From Nanobdellota archaeon (GTDB lineage: Archaea > Nanobdellota > Nanobdellia > JAAOXT01): a stretch of 64,000 bases of DNA. The DNA lies in contig JAAOXT010000001.1 in NCBI GenBank assembly GCA_018221045.1, forward strand, positions 603 through 64,602. Reading direction: 5' to 3'. A program made the position numbers and the translations under genes. This document shows positions 27,801 through 36,532 of the stretch, in pieces. The notes beneath the pieces were generated by a model. The model searched no databases. It was given only the letters and a program-made list of their open reading frames with translations, and was not told the origin of the DNA. Position 1 is the first letter of the stretch; every line of letters starts with the position of its first letter.

Positions 27801-28374
27801 CCGTAACGTATCGCTCAATTTCTTTCTCGCTCGGATCATATTCTGAAAAACCCATTTCTTTCCTGATGTAATCAGCGATGAGAACGCTGACCGCTTCTGC
27901 TGTTCCTCCAGAAGCGCGTATGGGCCCAGCGTAATACACTGCCACGTAATCTTTGCCATCCCTTCTCTTCTTTATTTTTGCTTCAACAAAGCCTTCCAGA
28001 GGTGCTGAAACTATTCCCAGAGTGATGTAAGCAAGAGCTATTCTAACCCCTGCTTCAAAAGCTTTCACGGGTTCATCAAACTTCAAGAATTTATTCATCG
28101 CAACTTCTTTTCCAATGATTAAGGCAACCCTCCAGTCACTGAAACCAAATTCTTTCTCTAACTCAATTATTCTTTTTGGAATTCCTTTACCCACTATTTC
28201 AGGAATCACTGCTGAAACCAATCTGACAACCCTTTCAGCCATGTTTTTGGCCATTGGAATGTCAACGTTTGTTTCAGGGTCAAAACCTTTTTCTCTCGCT
28301 TTTGTCGCGACGCCGTAAAGTTTTTCAGTCTCTTCCTGAAGTCTTTTAAAATATTCTTCGATGTTCATCTGCAA
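24892..28374 (-). CDS. DNA polymerase D (Pol II) large subunit DP2
   Basis: The 1160-aa protein has several Cys4 zinc modules (CNNCGSKTITSLCEKCG, CVSCNEKF...CSKCRG) and conserved blocks such as NCDGDEDC. It is translationally coupled to DP1. Confidence 0.93.
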   Translation of the reverse strand: MQMNIEEYFKRLQEETEKLYGVATKAREKGFDPETNVDIPMAKNMAERVVRLVSAVIPEIVGKGIPKRIIELEKEFGFSDWRVALIIGKEVAMNKFLKFDEPVKAFEAGVRIALAYITLGIVSAPLEGFVEAKIKKRRDGKDYVAVYYAGPIRASGGTAEAVSVLIADYIRKEMGFSEYDPSEKEIERYVTEINDYHDRVSRLQYHPSRKEIVFLLKNLPVEITGDPTTKFEVSKDKDLPRVETNMIRGGMCLVIAEGIAQKAKKVVKKIHEWGKDFGLENWLFLDEFLRIQAEILGSKKGSGPDKGVAPNTRYIQDAVAGRPIIGYPMRRGGFRLRYGRSRLSGLAACSIHPATMKVTGDFLAIGTQLKIERPGKATALTPCDSIKGPVVLLENGSVVNVETVEQANQVLPKIKKILFLGDILVSHGEFSENGQALVPSPFVREWWALLLEKNMGEDVFLADKLGITREELMSWVDKPFTEKPGIDQAKIVSERLGIALHPEFTLFWNNISLRELERIYSWLRSSQKSSELIKGEFNEKVKEILEKLFLPHQLIGEQIIIQGNEADSILFNLGSLEKENILDILKNSKDCLDAVNQLCKHSLKDKVGIYVGSRMGRPEKAKLRTLKGKPHGLFPVGVQGGRLRSLNAAIKEGFVETDFPFYKCNNCGSKTITSLCEKCGGSCERQRTCMRCGVLTKEKIHCNNETLNYNKRPIRIEDYTENVLKRLKCDMPELVKGPRGTSNKYHISEILPKSILRAKNKTYVNKDGTSRFDMIELPVTHFYPHEISASVKDLKKLGYTEDVYGKPLDNEGQLLELFPQDVILPKCKNHAESNAAEELTKICNFVDEELEKIYKIKPVYRIKKEEDLLGQLVLVLAPHTSAATLGRIIGFSDSQAFYAHPYMHAATRRNCDGDEDCVLMLMDALLNFSRQYLPNRRGGRTMDAPLVMTTMINPLEIDSEVHALDTVKKYPLEFYKATEKMLYPWDVKIDKVAVRLGKPEQYKNLWFTHPTSSLSAGATVSAYKTLATMRDKVRGQMDLADKISAVDADDVARLVIERHFLRDIKGNLRKFSTQQVRCVSCNEKFRRPPLSGKCSKCRGKIIFTIAEGSVKKYVDISMNLGKEFHMNDYLKQVLELLNERIEQNFGYEIEKQTGLTEFIS

Positions 28375-29843
28375 AACTCCATCATCAGCATCTTATTGTT
28401 CTGCAAGTTTAATATCGGGACTTTACCAGGGTGAGGAGTTATCCCCAGTTTTTGCTGGAAAGACGTTTGTGCCTGCCAGCAGGAAGCGGACAACGCGATA
28501 GTGCTATTATAACGAGTTATGGCTGACACGTGCAAGTGGCCAGAAGCAAGCACGTCTGGAACAGTGCTCATCACGAGATGATCTTGTTCATACATGTCAC
28601 GACCAACCGCTCCATGAGGAGTTCCTAAATGCCGCTTTTTTAACAAAAATTTCAGCACTGCCTCAGGGTGCTCGTAACCCCTTTTTCTAAGACTATTAAC
28701 GTTGTCAAGGTACCACGTAAACGAGGTTCCATGATAAAGCAGCACGTCAAACCCGCAAAAATCGTTTTTAGCGTGGATGTTAACACGACTCGGATTCGAT
28801 AACAGGGTCGCGTTTGGAAGCTCGTATAAGTCCTTTGCAAAGCTTTTTCGCGGAAAAGGTTGCGGTTCTATCAATCTTGTCGCGTCGTGATTGCCAGGAA
28901 TCATTATTAAATTTATTTCTTCAGGAATCTGGGACAAATACTTGCTTACCTCTCGGTACTGTCGATAAACATCATCTATTAAAAGCTCTTTATCCTGCTC
29001 CGGATAAATTCCAACCCCCTCCACCAAGTCTCCGACCACGAATAAATATTTTATTTTTCTGGCAACCTTTTTCTGGTTTGCAGGCCCTTCATTCCCTTTC
29101 AACCATTTCAGGAAATTGGAGAACTCCTTGCTCAAGAAATTGTTTGAGCCCACGTGAAGATCCCCGATGAAAGCCGCGTAAACTTCTTCATCCGCGCGCT
29201 TGGCTTGCCTATCCGAAGGTATTTCCGGAAAAAAAACGTTATCCACGTACAAGTACCTGCCTTTTTTAGTTCCTTCAACACCTATCACTTCATCATGAAT
29301 AATGCTCTCCGCTAAAGGATAAGCTAAGGACTTGGTCGTTATCATCCCCATTATCTTACCCGTCGGGTCTTCAAATTCCAAAAAATAGTTTCCAGAAGAC
29401 ACTTTCCTTACTTCAGAAACCATCACTATTGCCTGCACTTTATCATTACTCCTCTGAGAAGTTATCCTTGAAAGAGATAGGGGCATGGAAAGCGACGGCC
29501 TGTTTAAAAGAATTTTTTTCAGCGAATCATACCTGTTAAGATAATGTTTCACGAAATGCTTTAACTTGATTTCTCGATTACTCCAATCATAACTTTTCAA
29601 AACGTTGACCCGTGAATGCAAGTCCTCTCTGACGGTTTTAGACTCCTTTGTTTTCAATATTTTGACGGGTTTTTGAAATTCCTTAAACTTCAGGTAAACT
29701 TCCTCATTGATAACGAAAGGTTTGGGCTCCATTTTTTTGACAAAATCCAAGAAAGGATTTATTTCATGCCCCATGTCCTCCAAGTTGAAGGAAGAGTCCA
29801 ACAAAAACCCGCTATTATAGAACTCTTGGATGAGAGTTTTCAT
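28365..29843 (-). CDS. DNA polymerase D small subunit DP1 (OB fold plus phosphoesterase)
   Basis: Calcineurin-like motifs are GDLHVGS, VVGDLVEG, GNHD and SGHLH. It lies between orc1 and DP2. Confidence 0.9.
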   Translation of the reverse strand: MKTLIQEFYNSGFLLDSSFNLEDMGHEINPFLDFVKKMEPKPFVINEEVYLKFKEFQKPVKILKTKESKTVREDLHSRVNVLKSYDWSNREIKLKHFVKHYLNRYDSLKKILLNRPSLSMPLSLSRITSQRSNDKVQAIVMVSEVRKVSSGNYFLEFEDPTGKIMGMITTKSLAYPLAESIIHDEVIGVEGTKKGRYLYVDNVFFPEIPSDRQAKRADEEVYAAFIGDLHVGSNNFLSKEFSNFLKWLKGNEGPANQKKVARKIKYLFVVGDLVEGVGIYPEQDKELLIDDVYRQYREVSKYLSQIPEEINLIMIPGNHDATRLIEPQPFPRKSFAKDLYELPNATLLSNPSRVNIHAKNDFCGFDVLLYHGTSFTWYLDNVNSLRKRGYEHPEAVLKFLLKKRHLGTPHGAVGRDMYEQDHLVMSTVPDVLASGHLHVSAITRYNSTIALSASCWQAQTSFQQKLGITPHPGKVPILNLQNNKMLMMEFCR

Positions 29844-31378
29844 AATTCCAACACCCCTTTAAGAATGTTATTCACTTTCAACAAGGAATCTGAAGGTATC
29901 GCCAGAGATATCTGCCTTGTCCTCCCGCCCCTACCCCTATACAAGATTTTCGTGTTTATTATCCCCATAATATCTAACTCAGCGATAAGGTCTGACACTC
30001 TTCGACTAGTCAAAGGTTTCAGCCCGACCTTATTAGCTATCTGCCCGTACATATCGTAAATATTGCTTGACTCGACAGGGGACTCGACTTCTAAGAGTTT
30101 TATTATTGAAAAAAGAACTATTTGAGATTGTTTAGGCTGTTTTTCAATAAGCGTTGCCACATTGTCCCTTTCAATCTTTTCCTGAGCCATGTCCACGTGA
30201 GCTTCTCTGACGGAGCTAGACCTCTCCCTTTCAGCTAACTCTGCCGAAACCCTAAGCAATTCCAGAGCTTTTCTCGCGTCACCGTTCTCTCTTGCAGCAT
30301 AAGCCGCGCATTTAGAGATAACAGGTTCTTTAACAACACCATCAAAAAAAGATATGTTCGCCCTTTCAGTTAACAAGTCTTTTAACTGGTCAGCATTGTA
30401 AGGAGAGAAAACGAATTCTTCTTCGCCTAAAGAAGATTTGGTTCTCGGGTCAAGATATTGTATGAATGTTGTGTCATTAGAAATGCCGATAAAAGATATT
30501 TCTGAATTCTGAAGTTTATCTGAATTAATTCTTGTCAAACTATACATCAACTCACTTTTTTTACCATCCTTCTTAACAAGATTGTCTATCTCGTCAAGAA
30601 CAAGTATCACCTTTCTTTTATTGGAATCAATGGACCTGCAAAAAATGTCATAAACCTCTTGCGTTGGAAGCCCTGTTGCAGGAACTTTCTCCCCAAAATT
30701 TCTTGCCAGCTCCGCGAACAACCTGTACTCAGTATCCGCGGACTTACCAATTTTACAATTAAGAAACACTATGTCCAATGGAGTACCGTTCTCTTCGGCC
30801 TTTTTCTTTAACTGCTCGCAAACAAATTTAACGCAAACAGTCTTTCCTGTTCCAGGCTTACCATACACCAACAAGTTAGAAGGTTTTCTTTGATCAAGAA
30901 TTGGAGAAAGAACACTGGCGAGTTGCAGAATCTCCTCATCCCTATGAACTATTTTTTCAGGAAAATATCTAAGGGTCAAAGCCTCACCCTTCTTAAACAA
31001 AGTCTTCTTATCCTTAACAATCTTATCAAAGATGTTGAAAGTCATATCTACAGGAGGTTCCTCCACAGAATCAAGTGACTCATCTGCAATTTCATGCCCG
31101 CTCACCTCTGAAGACACCATATCAAATATGTTTGTCCCTTCCACTAATTCTTTAGATAACTCTTTCTCAGTTTCTTCCTCTTTTTCAGAAACACTTTTCT
31201 TCCCGACCGCGTTCTCAGACAACTCTTTTTTAGATTCCTTAAGAAGCTTTATTGACTGAATCAATAGCGTTAAATCCTCTTCAGACAACTCGTCGAACAA
31301 TCTCTTAACTGTTTCATTCTTAATTAAATTGAAAGAAGACTGCTTAGACATCTTACTTCCAAAGAAGCAACATCTCAC
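29840..31378 (-). CDS. cdc6: Orc1/Cdc6 replication initiator with an acidic N-terminal extension of about 100-130 aa
   Basis: It has AAA+ Walker A (VYGKPGTGKT), Walker B (LVLDEID), sensor regions and a C-terminal winged helix. An alternative start, MSKQSSF, has its ATG at 31351. The stop is ATGA-coupled to DP1. Confidence 0.9.
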   Translation of the reverse strand: MRCCFFGSKMSKQSSFNLIKNETVKRLFDELSEEDLTLLIQSIKLLKESKKELSENAVGKKSVSEKEEETEKELSKELVEGTNIFDMVSSEVSGHEIADESLDSVEEPPVDMTFNIFDKIVKDKKTLFKKGEALTLRYFPEKIVHRDEEILQLASVLSPILDQRKPSNLLVYGKPGTGKTVCVKFVCEQLKKKAEENGTPLDIVFLNCKIGKSADTEYRLFAELARNFGEKVPATGLPTQEVYDIFCRSIDSNKRKVILVLDEIDNLVKKDGKKSELMYSLTRINSDKLQNSEISFIGISNDTTFIQYLDPRTKSSLGEEEFVFSPYNADQLKDLLTERANISFFDGVVKEPVISKCAAYAARENGDARKALELLRVSAELAERERSSSVREAHVDMAQEKIERDNVATLIEKQPKQSQIVLFSIIKLLEVESPVESSNIYDMYGQIANKVGLKPLTSRRVSDLIAELDIMGIINTKILYRGRGGRTRQISLAIPSDSLLKVNNILKGVLEL

Positions 31379-31429
31379 TTATATTTCTTATGGAAGTGAA
31401 TTATATAGTAACGGAGTTCAAAAAGAATA

Positions 31430-31904
31430 CCCCTACGTTTCGGATGGAAACACAACCTACACTCACCCAGATTTCTCATGGAGATATGAAAACCACTTGC
31501 ATTTCCTTTGAAAGCCTCGAACTTTTGTGCCAAGAACTCATTAACAAACACGCCGTCCAGTTAAACCACTAAAAACGCCATATTCAAAGAAAATGGGGTT
31601 ATTATGCACTTGTTTAACTTAACAAAACTTGTTTTATTGATTAAATTCGTTTTTAATGTTTATTTATTATTTATTATTTATTTACTATATTGTAAATAAA
31701 TATATAATATATATAATATAATATATATAATATAATTTATATTATAAGCGTTTTTCCATGGGAAACAGGGGAGTATAGGTCTATTTCTTGCAAAAAGAGT
31801 GTTTGCTTCTTCATTGGAAATAAAGGGGTGTGTTTTGAACCCTGTTCTTGTTTTAGATGTGGGAAGAGTGTAGTGAAATCTTCCATAGGAAGTTAAGGGG
31901 TGTG
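31430..31904. other. Replication origin (oriC): AT-rich unwinding element (about 31630-31748) flanked by ORB-like repeats
   Basis: There is one inverted ORB on the left, CCCCTACGTTTCGGATGGAAA (31430-31450). Three direct copies lie on the right: TTCCATGGGAAACAGGGG (31754-31771), TTCATTGGAAATAAAGGGG (31810-31828) and TTCCATAGGAAGTTAAGGGG (31881-31900). Between them is about 120 bp of almost pure A/T. The region is adjacent to orc1/cdc6. Confidence 0.8.
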
Positions 31905-32405
31905 TGTGTCACATAGGTTGTTTTTGGCTTTTTTGAATAATGTTAGGTAATCCCTGCTCATCTTTTTGAACGTGCAAAAGTGAATTAATGAATCTATTTT
32001 GTTAAGAATTTTTTGTTTTTCAATATCCGACATTTTTCTTTTAATTTTTTTTTCTATGATTTTTAATTCTTTTTCCATAACTTTTGTCCAATCAAATTCC
32101 ATTTCTCTTTTTTCCATTTCCGGAATTTTTTCGGAGACGCGAATTGCTTGTGGGCCTAATGTGTAATATGTTCTTTCTGTTTGGTCTCCCCAAGTGTAGT
32201 TACCTAGTTCTTTTCGTACTTTTACTAGTTGCACTTCTCCTGTTTTAACGCCTTGTTTTAGGTGATAATATATTGATTTCATGCTGACCTGTCCGAAAAC
32301 GTTTTTGTATATGTTGTATATTTCGTAGCCGTAGGAGAATCCTTTTCTGTGCAGTATCTGACAAATCCGGTTTCGTATGATTGATCCTTTTGGCCGGCCT
32401 CTCAT
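31893..32405 (-). CDS. PadR-like winged-helix transcriptional regulator
   Basis: It has the pattern GYEIYNIYKNVFG...SMKSIYYHLKQGVKTGEV and a C-terminal coiled coil. I placed the start at MRGRPKG (ATG at 32405), because a TTTATATA box lies inside the longer track ORF. Confidence 0.55.
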   Translation of the reverse strand: MRGRPKGSIIRNRICQILHRKGFSYGYEIYNIYKNVFGQVSMKSIYYHLKQGVKTGEVQLVKVRKELGNYTWGDQTERTYYTLGPQAIRVSEKIPEMEKREMEFDWTKVMEKELKIIEKKIKRKMSDIEKQKILNKIDSLIHFCTFKKMSRDYLTLFKKAKNNLCDTHTP

Positions 32406-32482
32406 TTTCTTGCAATATTGTAAATTTCTGTTTGTGAAATATATAAATCTTTTAATATTCATTCTTTTGTTTTGTTATATTC

Positions 32483-33481
32483 ATGATATCTTTATCCGTA
32501 GACGCAATTGTTGCTAAAATCGTGGAGGCATCCAAGCTTGATGAAAAAGTGGTTAGGGATAAGATTGCTGAGAAGAAAGCTGAGTTGTCAGGTCTTGTTT
32601 CTGAAGTGGGGGCTGCCCACATTGTTGCTAATCAGTTAGGAGTCAATCTTGTTCAGCGCGGCGAGGGGGGAAGGATTTTGATTAAGGATTTGGTTCCGGG
32701 TTTGAGGAACGTGGTGTTGCTGGGGCGCGTTTTGAATGTGAATAAACCCGTGGTTTTTGATAGGAAGGATGGTAAAGGTAAGGTGAAGGTGGGTAACGTT
32801 TTTTTGCAGGACGAGAGTGGAAGGACAAGGGTTGTTTTTTGGAACGAGCAGACCACTGTTTTGGAGGATGGCACGATTAAGGAGGGAGAAGTCGTAAAGT
32901 TTTTTTATGGTTATGTTAAGCAAGGCAGGAATGATTATCCAGAGGTTCATTTGGGTGGAAGCTCTAAGTTTTTGATTGATCCTAAAAGCGATCCTGATTA
33001 TGGTAAGATTCCTGTTTCTGGAGGTTTTAGTGGTCCTCAGAAGAGGTCTAAGATTTCTGAGTTGGAGGAAGGAAGGTTTGAAGTATTGGGAACTATTGTT
33101 AGCGTTTTTGAACCAAGATTTTATGATTCCTGTCCAGAGTGCAATTCTAAGGTCGTTGAGGGAGCGTGTTCTAAGCACGGGAACGTTGTTTCGAAGAGTA
33201 GTGGTTTTATGAGCATTGTTTTGGATGATGGTTCTGGGACGATTAGGTGCACTTTTTTCCGGGATGTTGCTGAGAGTTTATTGGGGGAGAAGTTTGAGGT
33301 TTTGAAAAGTTCTCCTGATTCGTTTGAGAAGATTAAGGATTCTTTGCTCGGTTCTCAGATAAAGGTTTTGGGAAGGGTTAAGAATAATGAGCGGTTCGGC
33401 AACTTGGATATGGTGGCGTCATCTGTGGATAAGAATGTTGACTTTGCTGAAGAGGCGAAAAAGGTTTTAGAATCTTCTTAA
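32483..33481 (+). CDS. Replication protein A-like ssDNA-binding protein (OB folds plus zinc finger)
   Basis: It has an RPA-type N-terminus (AELSGLVSEVGAAHIVANQLGV), OB-fold patterns and the zinc finger CPECNSKV...CSKHG. Confidence 0.75.
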   Translation: MISLSVDAIVAKIVEASKLDEKVVRDKIAEKKAELSGLVSEVGAAHIVANQLGVNLVQRGEGGRILIKDLVPGLRNVVLLGRVLNVNKPVVFDRKDGKGKVKVGNVFLQDESGRTRVVFWNEQTTVLEDGTIKEGEVVKFFYGYVKQGRNDYPEVHLGGSSKFLIDPKSDPDYGKIPVSGGFSGPQKRSKISELEEGRFEVLGTIVSVFEPRFYDSCPECNSKVVEGACSKHGNVVSKSSGFMSIVLDDGSGTIRCTFFRDVAESLLGEKFEVLKSSPDSFEKIKDSLLGSQIKVLGRVKNNERFGNLDMVASSVDKNVDFAEEAKKVLESS

Positions 33482-33876
33482 GTTTTTTTCACGACAACTA
33501 TTTTTTTTCCAAATTCTCCCAGGTCCATGAATACGATTTGGCTTCCTTCTGAGACTCTTGTTTTAAACTCGTCTGGGATTTCTATTTCGAACACTTCGAA
33601 GGATTCGCTGTTCATTATTTGAGCGTTGTTTTCTGTTATGCTTAGCACTTGTCCGTTCTTTTTTTCTATTATTGGGGATTCCACTCTTTTTCCGCCGGCG
33701 ATTACTATGATTCTTTTGTTTTTGCTGATGATTCCTACCCCGGTTATCCTGAATTTTGCGTGGCCGTGCTTGCCTGGTGCTGAACGGTTTATTTCAGTTA
33801 TTTGGCAGGGTTGACCTTCTATCATTATGTAACTGCCTTTTTTTAGTCCGTGAACGTCTGCTTGTTTTATCTCCAT
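33478..33876 (-). CDS. eif5a: Translation initiation factor 5A (aIF5A)
   Basis: It carries the hypusine loop SAPGKHGHAKFRITG and is 132 aa long. Confidence 0.9.
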   Translation of the reverse strand: MEIKQADVHGLKKGSYIMIEGQPCQITEINRSAPGKHGHAKFRITGVGIISKNKRIIVIAGGKRVESPIIEKKNGQVLSITENNAQIMNSESFEVFEIEIPDEFKTRVSEGSQIVFMDLGEFGKKIVVVKKT

Positions 33877-33884
33877 TATTTTTT

Positions 33885-34103
33885 TTATCCTTTGCTGGCG
33901 AGTTTTATGTCTTTTGATTTGATTGTTTTTCTTCCCGCGTGTTTTGCTAATTGATTTGCTTTTTTTCCGATTTCTTCTCCACGTTTTTCCAGTTCTTCTC
34001 TTAGCGTTTTTTTCGCTGGTTCTGACACTCTGGTCGCGCCAGCGTGTCTTAAGATTTTGTCGATAGATGAAATGGATATGAAACCGTCTTTTCTTTTTGC
34101 CAT
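33885..34103 (-). CDS. Archaeal histone (second paralog)
   Basis: Histone-fold motifs are ILRHAGATRVSEPA and KHAGRKTIKSKDIKLA. Confidence 0.85.
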   Translation of the reverse strand: MAKRKDGFISISSIDKILRHAGATRVSEPAKKTLREELEKRGEEIGKKANQLAKHAGRKTIKSKDIKLASKG

Positions 34104-34151
34104 TTAGTCAAGCACGTTTTTCTTTTTGTTCCAAGAATTATTTAAGTCTTA

Positions 34152-35234
34152 TTATTCCAAGCGATACCTGAGTATTGCTCCGAACCCGCTTAGCTCTTCG
34201 AATTGAGTTCCTTCTTTTGTTTCTGTTGATATTATTTTGATGGTCGTCCCGTATTTTTTGGCTTCTTCGATGACGTGGTCTATTTTTTTGTCGTCCACTG
34301 ATTCGCTTATAAGAATTTTTTCGGCCGACCCTTTTTTTATCGCTTCCATGACATCGTTTTCACCGTAGGAGACTATGGGGGAGTCTTGGGCTAGGAGTTC
34401 CATGAATTTTTTTACTTCTTCTTTTTCTTGTATTATGCTCTCTTGCTCCAGCACTTCTTTTGATCTTTCCACTAGTTCGTTGAGCCCTGAAATGTTTGTG
34501 TTTGCCAAATCTTTTGTGGCTATCACTTTTTGTTTTAGGGGGCCCAAGTATCCTTCTGCGAGTTCTTCTTTTGAGGCTCCTGGTCCTCCGAGCAGGATTC
34601 CAGCGATTTCTTTATTGTTCAGCGAGGTTCTGAGCGTTGCAGCCACTTCTTTGTAGAACTCTTTTTTCAGGCCTTCTCTTACTCGTTGAAATCTTTGAGC
34701 GCTTTGTCCTCCTGCACGGAACTTTCCGAAGACGTGTGAATCAATTTCTTTTAAGATTTCAATACTTTTTCCTTTGAGGAGTCCGATAACTGCTTCTCGC
34801 GTGTCCATGACTACTAGGCCATAAACTTTTTTGACTTCCAGCAAGTCTTTGAATGGTTCTGTGACAAATTTTTGGTCGCACCTATAGATTCTGATGTTTA
34901 ATGGAATGGGGGGTTGTATGACTTCTAGTACCCAGTCTTCTTCTCCTGGTTTTTCGCTGACGTTTCCGCAGAAGATTGCCATCCCGTTGGGAAGAGTTTT
35001 TTTGTATTTTTTGAGTTCTTGGAGCATTTTTGTCAGGGCATTCATCACGTTTTTTCGCGTGCTTTTGGATTTTATGTTGACAGCTGTCCCGTATTCTTGG
35101 TTTAATTGAGTTGTGACTAGGTTGAGGTTGTAGTCTTTTGGCACGTAAACGCTTATGAGTTCTGTGTGTCGGCCCTTGACTTTTTCTAAGTATTTTAGTA
35201 ATTTTTTCAGTTTGTAAGATTGATCTTGTTCCAT
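34152..35234 (-). CDS. prf1: Peptide chain release factor aRF1
   Basis: It has the NIKS motif (TAVNIKSKSTRKNV), the GGQ motif (RAGGQSAQRF) and the C-terminal AILRYRLE. Confidence 0.9.
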   Translation of the reverse strand: MEQDQSYKLKKLLKYLEKVKGRHTELISVYVPKDYNLNLVTTQLNQEYGTAVNIKSKSTRKNVMNALTKMLQELKKYKKTLPNGMAIFCGNVSEKPGEEDWVLEVIQPPIPLNIRIYRCDQKFVTEPFKDLLEVKKVYGLVVMDTREAVIGLLKGKSIEILKEIDSHVFGKFRAGGQSAQRFQRVREGLKKEFYKEVAATLRTSLNNKEIAGILLGGPGASKEELAEGYLGPLKQKVIATKDLANTNISGLNELVERSKEVLEQESIIQEKEEVKKFMELLAQDSPIVSYGENDVMEAIKKGSAEKILISESVDDKKIDHVIEEAKKYGTTIKIISTETKEGTQFEELSGFGAILRYRLE

Positions 35235-35291
35235 TCTGGCTTAAAATCAGGAGTTGGTCTGTCTTTATAATTCCTATGGTAAAATCGTTTC

Positions 35292-36479
35292 TTAAAACAG
35301 TTCTATTTTTCCTTGCACGACTTGTCGGGTTATTTCTTGAATGTTGTTTAAGTCGTGGTCAACTATTCTTTTGGCTTGTTTTTCCATGCTTGAAGTGAGC
35401 TCTTTTTCGGGTATTATTTGCACTGAAGCCATTTTTGGGTGGTCAATTCTTTGACCAATCTCTGATAGCAGGCGCACGTAAACCTCTTTTATTCCTTCAA
35501 CTTCTTCACTGATTTTTTCAGCTATTTTTTGGGATAGAATGTTGTAGATTTTTCCAACGTGGTTAACAGGGTTCTTCCCGGCAACTGCTTCCAGGCTTGA
35601 AGGCCTGTTGAAAGGAATGAGTCCCATGACGCGGTTTCCTCTGCCTACTGCGCCGTCGTCTCCCATCTCCATGCTTGTGCCGGTCACTGTTAAATACAGG
35701 CTTGCTTTTCCTCCTTCGGGCCTGTCAGCGGAGTTCAGGTTTATCGAGAATTTTTTGGTTGTGTGTCTTTGGAGGAAGGATTCTATTTCTTCTTTCACTG
35801 CTTGTTTTTTGTCTTTGTAGTCTTGCACTGAGTCTATGAATTTGTCTACCATTGCCATGGCAACAGTGATTGTTAAAAAGTCTTTTTCCCTGAGAGTCAT
35901 AACTTTAATGTCTTCGCCTGAACACGGGTGTTTTCTTTTGAATTCAGGGTGGTTCAGCCATTTTTCAAGTTTTAAAGTGAGGTTTTCTGCTTCTGTTAGT
36001 GGAGCGAAGCCCAGTCCAATTGAAGTGTCGTTAGCGCCCATGATTTCATCTCTCCTGTGGTAGAGGTCTTTGAGGTCTGAAGAACCGCTTTTGGTTTCTA
36101 CTTGGTAGTTGAACATGTCTGGTTTCAGGAACCTGAAATTTTCTTTAATCCATTGCTTTGCTGATTGGACAGCGATTTCTTGAACAGGGACTTCATTGCT
36201 GGCTCTTCCGCTGAAGAAAACCAGCATTTTTTTGTCAATGGTTCCGCCCCTGAATTCGGGGGTGGTGTGACCTCCAACAATGTCTAGTTTGTCTACGTTA
36301 TGATGAAGGATTGTTCCGAATTGCTTGAGGTATTCTTTGCAAAGAGCTATTGAGAATTGCTCTGCAAGAGAGTCAGCGATGAAATCGGGGTGCCCGAGAC
36401 CTTTTCTTTCAATGATTTCAACACTTTGTTCTGCAACGGGTTGTTTTCGAGAATGTTCGATAAAAATTTTTTTATTCAT
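35292..36479 (-). CDS. mat: Archaeal-type S-adenosylmethionine synthetase
   Basis: It has the N-terminal [14 protein letters not shown] and [11 protein letters not shown], and its length of about 395 aa is typical of archaeal MAT. Confidence 0.9.
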   Translation of the reverse strand: MNKKIFIEHSRKQPVAEQSVEIIERKGLGHPDFIADSLAEQFSIALCKEYLKQFGTILHHNVDKLDIVGGHTTPEFRGGTIDKKMLVFFSGRASNEVPVQEIAVQSAKQWIKENFRFLKPDMFNYQVETKSGSSDLKDLYHRRDEIMGANDTSIGLGFAPLTEAENLTLKLEKWLNHPEFKRKHPCSGEDIKVMTLREKDFLTITVAMAMVDKFIDSVQDYKDKKQAVKEEIESFLQRHTTKKFSINLNSADRPEGGKASLYLTVTGTSMEMGDDGAVGRGNRVMGLIPFNRPSSLEAVAGKNPVNHVGKIYNILSQKIAEKISEEVEGIKEVYVRLLSEIGQRIDHPKMASVQIIPEKELTSSMEKQAKRIVDHDLNNIQEITRQVVQGKIELF

Positions 36480-36532
36480 AAAACTTAAGATTAACCAAAA
36501 ATTTATATATACTTTTTCATATTGAATATGTC

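Noticed and set aside
31626-31750. An AT-rich iterated sequence (TATATAATA-type) could be read as a microsatellite or degenerate CRISPR-like array.
   Set aside because: It has no regular repeat-spacer periodicity and no unique spacers. Its position between ORB-like elements next to orc1 fits a DNA unwinding element.
32636-33178. A 180-aa antisense ORF lies opposite the RPA-like gene.
   Set aside because: The sense strand has OB-fold and zinc-finger motifs. The antisense product is low-complexity, and no start context was seen.
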